Shown: piece by piece, positions 1 to 10,158 of the stretch
Layout: each line of letters starts with the position of its first letter
Position numbering within the stretch: the first letter of the stretch is position 1
Assembly (NCBI RefSeq): GCF_001194135.2
Contig: NC_068988.1
Location: 14,536,144 to 14,568,255 of the forward strand
Source: Octopus bimaculoides
Lineage: Eukaryota
Direction: 5' to 3'
Length of the DNA stretch: 32,112 nt
Notes under the pieces: model-generated
Databases searched by the model: none
Seen by the model: the letters and a program-made list of their open reading frames with translations, nothing else
Told to the model about the DNA's origin: nothing
Position numbers and translations under genes: made by a program

Positions 1-180
1 GTATGTATGTGTGTGCGTATGTTTGTGTGTATGTATGTGTGTTTGTATGTATGTGTGTTTGTATGTTTGTATGTTTGTATGTATGTATGTGTGTATGTAT
101 GTATGTAATGAAGAACTGCTATTTTGATTGAAATAACATAACAGTCAACCTATGCTTAGAACTCCATGTAAATTCACATA

Positions 181-471
181 CAGTAATCTCTTGACTATCG
201 CGGGTGTTACGTTCCAAAAACTCTGCGATAAGTGAAAATCCGCGAAGTGGAAAAAGTGCTGTACGGTATATTTTTTTTATCATTTCTATAATTTGTATAT
301 ATTTATTCTATTATAAATGCAAAACAACACCATGGAGGAATTGAGGTAAGCTTAAATAATAGACCGTGATAGGTGAACCGCCATAGGTGAACCGCCATAG
401 GTGAACCGCCATAGGTGAACCGCCATAGGTGAACCGCCATAGGTGAACTGTTTTATGGCGAGGGATTACTG
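181..471. mobile_element. Non-autonomous pogo/Tigger-like (Tc1/mariner superfamily) MITE
   Basis: TA at 179-180 and 472-473. Imperfect TIRs CAGTAATCTCTTG... and ...CGAGGGATTACTG. Subterminal GCGATA(A/G)GTGAA-like motifs at both ends; no ORF. Confidence 0.75.
369..448 (+). repeat. 14-bp tandem repeat (ATAGGTGAACCGCC) x5.7 inside the Tigger-like MITE
   Basis: Units start at 369, 383, 397, 411, 425 and 439 (partial). Confidence 0.95.
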
Positions 472-844
472 TAAATCCGAATTTCTATGAAGTATTAAAC
501 ATAATTTGTTCGCTGATTTTATTTTGTTATTATATACGCTTGAATGGGGCTTTTTTTTTATATAATTTTAATATATATTCGAGAGCAGAATAAAATAGAT
601 TTCTTGTTTTGGGTCAAAGGTTTTACAATATTTTGGTAACTTATGCGTCAAGTTACAATAAAAGTAGCCTAGCATTAAAAGTAGAGGCCATTGTATTGCA
701 CAATCTGAAGTCCAATTTCTGCCAGTTCTTTGATCCTACGCTGAGTTCTTGTCCTTCGAGGGAAAGGCTCCTTTGTTGAAGCTTCTGCCTCATCTTTATC
801 GGTGAAGCGTTGCGAGTGCAGGCAGTGGGCCATGGATCGAAACA

Positions 845-1385
845 AGTAATAATCCGAGGGAGATGTTTTTCTGCAATCCTAACGCGCACAAGCAGTGGTT
901 AAGCAAGGGCCAACCTATACTCTGAACAACTGGAATGGATATATACCGTTAAGCGGCAAAATACCCGGCACTGGTTAACAGAATGCGAGCTCTTCTACAA
1001 GACAATACAAGACCTCGTGCCGCTAGAACAATCAAAAATAAACTCCTGGAACTTGAAGGAATCGAACTGACACACCCAGCATATAGCCCGGACCTAGCTT
1101 TCTCGGATTATTACCTGTTCCGATCCATGGCTCACTTCCTGCGCTCACGCCGCTTCATCAACCAAGAGAAGGTGAAAGCTTCAGTGAAAGAGTTCTTCTT
1201 CACCTCAAAGGACAAGAACTGGTTATCAGCTTGGGATAAAAATTAAAAAAACCTAGCAGATGAGTGGCTTCAGACGGTGCAACACGATGGCATTTACATT
1301 GAATACTAGATTGCCTTTGTTGTAACTTCAAGAACAAAGCAAATGAGTCACGAAAATGTTTAAAACCTTTTAATTCAATGCAATA
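845..1385 (+). pseudogene. Decayed, internally deleted mariner transposase, catalytic half plus 3' end
   Basis: FFCNPNAHKQWLSKGQ and LYSEQLE remnants, then LLQDNTRPRAARTIKNKLLELEGIELTHPAYSPDLAFSDYYLFRS (34 residues between the last two catalytic Asp = D34D). Frameshifts present; TIR-like end ...ttcaatgcaata at ~1385. Confidence 0.88.
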
Positions 1386-1879
1386 GTTTGTCTTTTTATT
1401 ACATCATCAGAAATTACATTATTTTTACATGTATTTCACTACCGAATACTAGTATGTTGTACAGCAATCGTTACATAGGCTAGGCAGTTGCATAATTATA
1501 TTAAAATTCCTCATCTTCTGAAGAAAACAGTAATTTAATCCTCAATTGGTTGACATTGCTAAATATGAACTGGCATTTTCATGCTATTATGCAATCGTGT
1601 ACGTAAGGATTATTGCACAACATACTCGTATTCACTAGTGAATCATTTGTAAAAATTATGAAACTAATGATGTTATAAAAGAAAAATCAATGAAATCGCT
1701 CATTACTACTGGAGGGGTATATCTTTATGATTCGAAGAAGAAGCGTTCCGTAAATCAAGGAGCGATCATCCATGCACGTGTTATATATATATATATATAT
1801 ATATAAACAATATATGAGTATATGCACATATATGTACATGTATGTACATACCTTCATCTACATGTACATATAGATACAT

Positions 1880-2126
1880 AACTAGGTACATGACGTGGCA
1901 AAAGAACATGGACAAAATGATAAACAAGGTACAGCAAACAAGCAAGCCACATAGAAACATCTCCTTCATCAGCTGCCACCATTAAAACACCGGCGTTTCG
2001 AAGAATTAAAGCAGTACGCATCGTTGAAATGGTTCTTCCCACGAACACAAATTAAATTATTTTCGTGGAGGGTAGTGGCGGACGGAAAACAAGACAGGAA
2101 AACGAAACGGTGAATAAACAAACAAG
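1880..2126 (-). repeat. Dispersed repeat, copy A of a family with GAAAC...CTGANGA motifs (unclassified, possibly Penelope-related)
   Basis: Minus strand reads cttcGAAACgccggtgttttaatggtggcagCTGATGAaggagatgtttctatgtggcttgcttgtttgctgt, which aligns by eye with 10911-10990. Confidence 0.45.
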
Positions 2127-2799
2127 NNNNNNNNNNNNNNNNNNNNNNNNNNNNNNNNNNNNNNNNNNNNNNNNNNNNNNNNNNNNNNNNNNNNNNNNNN
2201 NNNNNNNNNNNNNNNNNNNNNNNNNNNNNNNNNNNNNNNNNNNNNNNNNNNNNNNNNNNNNNNNNNNNNNNNNNNNNNNNNNNNNNNNNNNNNNNNNNNN
2301 NNNNNNNNNNNNNNNNNNNNNNNNNNNNNNNNNNNNNNNNNNNNNNNNNNNNNNNNNNNNNNNNNNNNNNNNNNNNNNNNNNNNNNNNNNNNNNNNNNNN
2401 NNNNNNNNNNNNNNNNNNNNNNNNNNNNNNNNNNNNNNNNNNNNNNNNNNNNNNNNNNNNNNNNNNNNNNNNNNNNNNNNNNNNNNNNNNNNNNNNNNNN
2501 NNNNNNNNNNNNNNNNNNNNNNNNNNNNNNNNNNNNNNNNNNNNNNNNNNNNNNNNNNNNNNNNNNNNNNNNNNNNNNNNNNNNNNNNNNNNNNNNNNNN
2601 TATATATATATGGCTTTGATTTACAGGTGATCCATAAAGGATTGAGGCATATCAAAGTGAAGCAAGCCACAAATTGTCTAAATGCATGTAAATACATATA
2701 TATGTGTGTGTGTATGTGTTTGTGTCTATATCGGTGAGTGTGTGTGTGTGCATCCATATGTACACACACAAACACATATACAAACACACATACACACAC

Positions 2800-2939
2800 A
2801 CCATTTCCGCCTACTAATTCCACTCATCAGGCATTCGTCAGTCAAGTAGAAAATATTTGCCCAAGATACCGCGCACTGGCATTGAATCCGAAATCACGTA
2901 GTTGCAAAACGAATATTTTAGCTACAGACGTCATGCCTG
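2800..2939 (-). mobile_element. Degenerate tRNA-derived SINE, 5' half (same family as 9524)
   Basis: Reverse strand ggcatgacgtctgtagct...ggattcaatgccagtgcgcggtatcttgggcaaatattttctact...gagtggaattagtaggcggaaa, followed by a (TG/TA)n tract; colinear with the 9524 copy. Confidence 0.7.
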
Positions 2940-3532
2940 TGTCTGTTTAGATTTATATATATACTGACCAAATACTCAACGGAAAGCCAACTAATGACTT
3001 GAAATCCTCTTTTTGTCGTTTTGTTTCACCAAAAGGAAATAAATATATTCCATGCCCAGCCATAACCACTCCAGCTATTTAGTCATCTTGTCTATTGTCA
3101 CTGTTTTTTAAAACTCTCATGCACACAATATTTTCTTTTCGTTTAATATAACGCTTTAACGTTTTACTTATCTTTTCTCTCCGCTTCTCTTCCTCGTTTA
3201 TCTATCGCATTTATTCCTCTCCTCCTTTTCCGTAATCTTCAACAAACGTAATTTCTTTGCGAAAAAAAAAAAGAAGAAAATAAAAGTTTCATGGATTGAG
3301 AAGAAAAATTCTCCATCGAACCCTCACAAACACTAACACAAAACAAGTTTTGAGCTTATTGCTGATGTTACATATTGTTTTCCCTAATGGACATCACATT
3401 AGTTTTAGCGAAAATATAAATAAAATAGAAAAAAGAATATGTCAGAAACAAGAAAATGAATTAAATTAGAATGAATATAATTAAAGAAAGTATTTTTATT
3501 TAAAATAGCAACATTTCCGAAATGTTTTCCGT

Positions 3533-3556
3533 TATTATTATTATTATTATTATTAT

Positions 3557-3615
<59 letters not shown>

Positions 3616-3628
3616 TCATCATCATCAT
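3533..3628 (+). repeat. Compound trinucleotide microsatellite (TTA)n-(GTA)n-(TCA)n
   Basis: Read directly from the sequence. Confidence 0.95.
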
Positions 3629-4447
3629 CAATAGTGTTGTTATTATTTTATCTCGAAACGTTAATAATGTATGAATACAGTGGGATTTCGAAATATTTTT
3701 ATAATTTCCTATCTTTTTTGCTGTGACTTTATTTTTCTATCAGAATTTAAAATATTCATTTTTTTTTTTTTTTTAAGAAAAAGAAAAAAAAACATTTTAT
3801 TTAAAACTTAAAAGCTTCTATGAAAGAAGAAATTGAGACAGTTGGGAAATATATTCAAAATAATATTCTTCACAAAAATATCGGTTTTATATTATTATGG
3901 AGATAAGAATTTAGGCAGGAATAATAAGATATATCATATGAATGAACTAAAATTATTGCAGAGAAATCTTTCTGTTTATATCGATATTTTAGTCAAACGA
4001 ATGTTTTGAATATTTGCATCAAACAAACATATTAATGACTATGTAGAATATAACGATGGATTAATGGGCAATAATATTTCACTGTTAGAACGCCTGCTAT
4101 TGTATTTCAAAAATATCACACGATAAAAAGCATACACATATATGTATATATGTTTTATATGTGTGCACGTATGTATGTGTGTATTTGGATGCGCGTATTT
4201 CTCTTTGTTTTTTGTTAATGGTACTTTTGTTTTTTTTTTGTTTTGTAAGTTCTTCGAAGTTTTTCTTTAAAGAGGACATTCATATCTAACAAAGAAACAA
4301 GACTTCATTATTAGAATTTAGATAACAACTGTGTGGGATTATACTTTTCTTTATTTTTAGCAAATAAACTTTTCATATTCCCAATGTTCAGTTTAAAAAT
4401 TGATCTGACATAATAGGAACCAGGCGGTCTCTTTGCTTGAAAATCCA

Positions 4448-4482
4448 GGCGTAGCTGTGTGGTAAAAAGCCCGTCGTATATG
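4448..4482 (+). mobile_element. Collapsed SINE remnant: head fused to the 3' end of the 5' half
   Basis: ggcgtagctgtgtggtaaaaagcccgtcgtatatg equals the start and end of the 9524-9665 SINE half with the middle missing. Confidence 0.65.
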
Positions 4483-4874
4483 TTGGGTAATTACTATTAG
4501 AAGACGAAGAGGAAGAAAAAGTTACCGACAAATACTCGAAACTTGCACCTTATTCTATACCACAAATGAAAGGCAATGAATGTGTTTGTGTGTGTGTGTG
4601 TCCCCACTGACAAAACTTCGTGCTGCTTCACTTTTGCGAAGTTTTGTCAGTGAACAAATAGAAACCATGCCAGAGCACACATTGCAACTCAGTGCAGTCC
4701 TCGTTATCGTCGGATCTTGTCAAACCGTCTTACCCACACCAGCATGGAATATAGACGCTAAATGATTACATATATACGGATAGATAGATAGATAGATAGA
4801 TAGATAGACAGATATGATTCATAATATATATACATACATTCCAAAATGTAACTAAACATGGATTGTTAACGATT

Positions 4875-5050
4875 TTTTCCTCCGTCTTCCTTTTCTATTG
4901 GACTTTCCTCTCTCTCCTGTTTCTGAAGAAGAGCTTTGCTCGAAACGTAAAACACCGTTTTTTCCCCTTCCCTGAGCGTCTTATTTATACTTTGCATGTA
5001 CCACGTCCTCGTGTTGCTTTTTTTCTAGTGTTTTTCTTCGTTTTCTTTTA
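4875..5050 (+). mobile_element. Penelope-like element terminal-repeat (pLTR)-type fragment carrying a hammerhead motif
   Basis: Pyrimidine-rich repeat containing the hammerhead at 4918-4954. The Penelope assignment rests on the hammerhead architecture only; no RT or GIY-YIG ORF is visible. Boundaries approximate. Confidence 0.5.
4918..4954 (+). ncRNA. Minimal type I hammerhead ribozyme motif (Penelope-type, predicted dimer-active)
   Basis: Stem I TGTTT (4918-22)/AAACA (4950-54); CTGAAGA core 4923-29; extra A 4930; stem II GAGC-TTT-GCTC 4931-41; GAAA 4942-45; palindromic ACGT stem III 4945-48; GUA cleavage triplet, predicted cut between 4949 and 4950. Confidence 0.8.
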
Positions 5051-5830
5051 TACATATATANNNNNNNNNNNNNNNNNNNNNNNNNNNNNNNNNNNNNNNN
5101 NNNNNNNNNNNNNNNNNNNNNNNNNNNNNNNNNNNNNNNNNNNNNNNNNNNNNNNNNNNNNNNNNNNNNNNNNNNNNNNNNNNNNNNNNNNNNNNNNNNN
5201 NNNNNNNNNNNNNNNNNNNNNNNNNNNNNNNNNNNNNNNNNNNNNNNNNNNNNNNNNNNNNNNNNNNNNNNNNNNNNNNNNNNNNNNNNNNNNNNNNNNN
5301 NNNNNNNNNNNNNNNNNNNNNNNNNNNNNNNNNNNNNTGTGTGTGTGTGCACTTGAGCAACGAAGTTATTAATTTTGCAGTCTTTCTTTATCGTATGCCA
5401 ATGATACGTAGCTGCACATGTATGTGTGTGTGTATGTATGTATGTATGTATGTATGTATGTATGTGTATGTATGTGTGTGTGTATGCGTGCATGCGTCTA
5501 TGTTCGTAAATATCTTCAGAAGTTTTAATATTCTAATAACGACAAGACACGTGATAGAATATTTCCCACTGATTATAGATCGTAGATAATTAAAGAAGCC
5601 TCACAACACAACATAAGGAATTAACTTTGTGCATATATATACACACAGTATGTTTACGAATTAATATTTGGCTTTAGGTTTTATGTCAGTGAGGGAACCC
5701 CATTTATTCATCTCAAGAATCAGGAATGCATAGTTTGTTCAAATGTTGCCAATTTCTTATGAATCCATTGAAAGATCTCTGTAATGTTGGAGCATCTAAA
5801 CTGAGAATACATAAACTTGTTTGTACGAAA

Positions 5831-5940
5831 ATACTGAGAATAGAATACGAGAATACTGAGAATAGAATACGAGAACACTGAGAATAGAATACGAGAACAC
5901 TGAGAATAGAATACGAGAACACTGAGAATACGAGAATACG
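5831..5940 (+). repeat. 22-bp minisatellite (A(T/C)ACTGAGAATAGAATACGAGA), ~5 units
   Basis: Units start at 5831, 5853, 5875, 5897 and 5919 (last degenerate); flanked by the direct repeat GTTTGTACGA at 5819 and 5940. Confidence 0.92.
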
Positions 5941-5977
5941 TTTGTACGAGAACAGATGGATATTCTTTTCTACTCTA

Positions 5978-6165
5978 GGCATAAGGCCCGAGATTTTGGG
6001 GGGAGGGGGGTAGTCGACTAGATGGACCCCCCAGTACACATCCGGTGCTTAATTTATCGACCCCGAAAGGATGAAAGGCAAAGTCGACCTCGGCGGAATT
6101 CGAACTCAGAACGTAAAGACTGACGAAATACCGCAAAACATCTCGCTCGACGTGCTAACGTTTCT
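5978..6165 (-). mobile_element. tRNA-derived SINE ('taaggcggcgagct' family), 5'-damaged copy
   Basis: Reverse strand has B-box gagttcgaattcc and central domain gtcgactttgcctttcatcctttcggggtcgataaattaagcacc; homologous to 6180-6399 and 25983. Confidence 0.85.
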
Positions 6166-6179
6166 TATTTCCTTACTGC

Positions 6180-6399
6180 CTACAAGGGGCTACACACAGA
6201 GGGGACAAACAAAGACAGACAAAGGCATTAAGTCGATTATATCGACCCCAGTGCGTAACTGGTGCTTGATTTATCGACCCCAAAAGGATGAAAGGCGAAG
6301 TCGACCTCGGCGGAATTTGAACTCAGAACGTAACGTCAGAGGAAATACTGCTAAGCATTTTGCCCGGCGTGTTAACGTCTCTGCCAGCTCGCCGCCTTA
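6180..6399 (-). mobile_element. tRNA-derived SINE (same family), near full length
   Basis: Head taaggcggcgagctggcagagacgttaac..., B-box gagttcaaattcc, central gcctttcatccttttggggtcgataaatcaagcacc domain. Confidence 0.9.
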
Positions 6400-6471
6400 G
6401 AACAGATGAATATTGCGACAAAACAACGAGAGATTCAACCTGATTTTAAGGATATCATTATTCTCCAACTG

Positions 6472-6614
6472 TAAGGCGGCGAGCTAGCAGAATCGTTGCC
6501 TCATCTTTTCGGGGTCGATAAATTAAGTACCAGTGAATCACTAAGGTCAATGTAATCGACTAATCGCCTCCCCACAACTTTCAGGCTTTGTGCCTATAGT
6601 AGAAAGGATTATTA
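6472..6614 (+). mobile_element. Internally deleted SINE (same family) with target-site duplication
   Basis: Head joined directly to the central domain. Flanking direct repeat TCCAACTG at 6464-6471 and 6615-6622, extendable to attatt(c/a)tccaactg. Confidence 0.85.
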
Positions 6615-6687
6615 TCCAACTGGAGATCCCTTCAGCCATTTTGGCAATCTCTTGTATAGTCATACACGCTCAGTTTTCAAAAGATAA

Positions 6688-6904
6688 CCCGTTAGCATTC
6701 AGATTACTTTATCAAATGTAATGTTTATTTACGTTGCTTTCAATTTATCATGCATTATCTTGTAGCTATGAGATTTCAATGATGTGATTGTTTTGTTTAT
6801 AGAATGACATTGTAGGGCAGGTGTGATAGGCATGATCTGGTCAGTTTGAGTATAAAACAGGTAGAATATTTGGGCCTGATATGGCTGGTTTGAATATTAA
6901 AGGG
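6688..6904. mobile_element. piggyBac-type MITE
   Basis: TIRs CCCGTTAGCATTCA and (reverse complement) CCCTTTAATATTCA, 11/14 match. TTAA at 6905-6908 and degenerate ATAA at 6684-6687. Confidence 0.75.
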
Positions 6905-8224
6905 TTAACCTTACTACAGGACATATTGTGTGAGAATGAGAGAGTAAGTCTTAACTCTTTGTCTGTCCTATGTAACACACTGGAGAAGTTTCGCTGGCGT
7001 CCATGTATCATATAGGATACACATTCCTAATTTTCTTTCAACCAACAGGGTAACTTGGGACTTACGAAAGGAAAGCTTTATATTACTCAGAACGTATGTA
7101 ACGTATGAAAGAATGGGTAACCAAAAGTCTGAAAACAAGCATGGATGTTTGTTATGAAAATGCTTCGGATAAGCAAAGGTTAAGTGTGCGCAGCTCTTTC
7201 TTACAAAACGAAATAAACCTTGCGTTAGTCTAGCAGCTTTGTTTAGTCAGCAAGACTGTGTTACATGCGATTGACAGTTTTACAACTAATGATATAATAG
7301 TCTTGTTCTGATGATAGGGTTATTCTGTAAATCAGTGATAATGAAATACCAACACTTCTGTACACAGTCTCAGGTGTACAGAAGAAGTACTATAGGCAGT
7401 AGTAGCGGTTTTCTTTTCTCCCCATACACACTCTGTGAGTGCGCCCCTTGTTGAAACGATGCGTAGTCAATCATAATTTTCAATGATTACTGATTGCAGA
7501 AACTTTTTCGAGCCACCGACGGCGAACATTTCAGGGCAACAGTGAGGATAATCACACATTTGCAGTAATGAAATACCGCCATTTCCGTAGCTACATGAAC
7601 ACAGAAAGTGTAATAGAGGTGGCGATACGACATATGTGATTCACTGCATGGCTGAATTCCCTACTGAGATGCCGTATGATTGAAATCATTGTTTTCATTA
7701 ACTAACTTTTGAAAACAAGGTAGTAAATGAAAATAATATTCGTACAGTAAACATTATCTACCTGCAACCATTACGCAAATATATATATTTTCTGTATAAC
7801 TAGTAATTAACTTACCATTCTACAAGTCTTATGTGTATGTGTCTGTACGCGTGTGTATACGTGTGCTTGTGTGCACACACCTGTTTATGTGTGTGTGTAT
7901 GTATATATGTATATTTGTTTTTATGGGGTCAGTTTAATTTATAGACTAGTCTATAAATTAAAACTGTGGTCGCATAAATTGTCTGACAGCCATGACTGGG
8001 TTCTCCTGCTTGTGTATGTATGTATGAATGTATATATATATAAATGTGTGTATGTGTGTGTGTTTTACACAAACATGCGCTCGCACACTTTAACAAAGGA
8101 TCTGTAGCAACATTTAAACACATACCAAATGCACTATCTTGAAATACCGTGTTGGCATTAATAGACGACCTATATTTATATTTATTGGGATTCGAGTAAG
8201 AATATGAGAGAAATAGTATGTGCA

Positions 8225-8260
<36 letters not shown>

Positions 8261-9523
8261 NNNNNNNNNNNNNNNNNNNNNNNNNNNNNNNNNNNNNNNN
8301 NNNNNNNNNNNNNNNNNNNNNNNNNNNNNNNNNNNNNNNNNNNNNNNNNNNNNNNNNNNNNNNNNNNNNNNNNNNNNNNNNNNNNNNNNNNNNNNNNNNN
8401 NNNNNNNNNNNNNNNNNNNNNNNNNNNNNNNNNNNNNNNNNNNNNNNNNNNNNNNNNNNNNNNNNNNNNNNNNNNNNNNNNNNNNNNNNNNNNNNNNNNN
8501 NNNNNNNNNNNNNNNNNNNNNNNNNNNNNNNNNNNNNNNNNNNNNNNNNNNNNNNNNNNNNNNNNNNNNNNNNNNNNNNNNNNNNNNNNNNNNNNNNNNN
8601 NNNNNNNNNNNNNNNNNNNNNNNNNNNNNNNNNNNNNNNNNNNNNNNNNNNNNNNNNNNNNNNNNNNNNNNNNNNNNNNNNNNNNNNNNNNNNNNNNNNN
8701 NNNNNNNNNNNNNNNNNNNNNNNNNNNNNNNNNNNNNNNNNNNNNNNNNNNNNNNNNNNNNNNNNNNNNNNNNNNNNNNNNNNNNNNNNNNNNNNNNNNN
8801 NNNNNNNNNNNNNNNNNNNNNNNNNNNNNNNNNNNNNNNNNNNNNNNNNNNNNNNNNNNNNNNNNNNNNNNNNNNNNNNNNNNNNNNNNNNNNNNNNNNN
8901 NNNNNNNNNNNNNNNNNNNNNNNNNNNNNNNNNNNNNNNNNNNNNNNNNNNNNNNNNNNNNNNNNNNNNNNNNNNNNNNNNNNNNNNNNNNNNNNNNNNN
9001 NNNNNNNNNNNNNNNNNNNNNNNNNNNNNNNNNNNNNNNNNNNNNNNNNNNNNNNNNNNNNNNNNNNNNNNNNNNNNNNNNNNNNNNNNNNNTATATATA
9101 TATATATATATATGTATATACATGTATGTATGTATGTATGTATGTATGTATGTATGTATGTATGTATGCACGCGTGCATGTATGTATGTATGTCATTATT
9201 TATTTCAAGATTTCTTGCCAATAGAGAAAGGTCCGGTTTTTAACCTAGATCCAAAGCGCCTTCATTGGAATTTCAACATCGACAACGGAGTATGTATGTA
9301 TGTATGTATGTATGTATGTATGTATGTATGTATGTATGTATGAATTTATGTATGTAAGCATGTATGTGTAAATTTTTATGGTTTATGTATGTTTGTATGT
9401 ATGTATGTATGTTTGTTTGTATGTATGTATGTATGTATGTATGTATGTATGTATTTATTTATGTAGATATATGTAAATATAGGTATATGCATATTTTTAT
9501 TAACCCTGTAGCTTCTTAATATA

Positions 9524-9690
9524 GGCGTGGCTGTGTGGTAAGCAGCTTGCATCCCAACCACATGGTTCCGGTTTCAGTCCCACTGCGTGGCATCTTGGGC
9601 AAGTGCCTTCTACTATAGCCTTGGGATTTGGTAGACGGAAACTGAAAGAAGCCCGTCGTATATATGGGTGTGTGTGTTTCCCCCCCCCCC
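9524..9690 (+). mobile_element. tRNA-derived SINE ('ggcgtggctgtgtggtaag' family), 5' half running into a microsatellite and a gap
   Basis: A-box-like tggctgtgtggta, B-box-like ggtttcagtccc, then ggcatcttgggcaagtgccttctactatagcc...gaaactgaaagaagcccgtcgtatata. Octopus tRNA-derived SINEs (OK/OR1/OR2) are known, but I cannot map the family name. Confidence 0.88.
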
Positions 9691-10085
9691 NNNNNNNNNN
9701 NNNNNNNNNNNNNNNNNNNNNNNNNNNNNNNNNNNNNNNNNNNNNNNNNNNNNNNNNNNNNNNNNNNNNNNNNNNNNNNNNNNNNNNNNNNNNNNNNNNN
9801 NNNNNNNNNNNNNNNNNNNNNNNNNNNNNNNNNNNNNNNNNNNNNNNNNNNNNNNNNNNNNNNNNNNNNNNNNNNNNNNNNNNNNNNNNNNNNNNNNNNN
9901 NNNNNNNNNNNNNNNNNNNNNNNNNNNNNNNNNNNNNNNNNNNNNNNNNNNNNNNNNNNNNNNNNNNNNNNNNNNNNNNNNNNNNNNNNNNNNNNNNNNN
10001 NNNNNNNNNNNNNNNNNNNNNNNNNNNNNNNNNNNNNNNNNNNNNNNNNNNNNNNNNNNNNNNNNNNNNNNNNNNNNNNNNNNNN

Positions 10086-10158
<73 letters not shown>

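Noticed and set aside
369-448. CRISPR-like appearance of the 14-bp and 22-bp (5831-5940) arrays
   Set aside because: Head-to-tail tandem units with no unique spacers, eukaryotic context and no cas genes.
6961-6985. tgtcctatg (C-P-M), a possible start of the Cys-loop exon
   Set aside because: Immediately followed by TAA, with no FP.D.Q.C motif.
8100-8220. Minus-strand KYKY...SAFGM, a possible further Dong remnant
   Set aside because: Similarity too weak to distinguish from chance.
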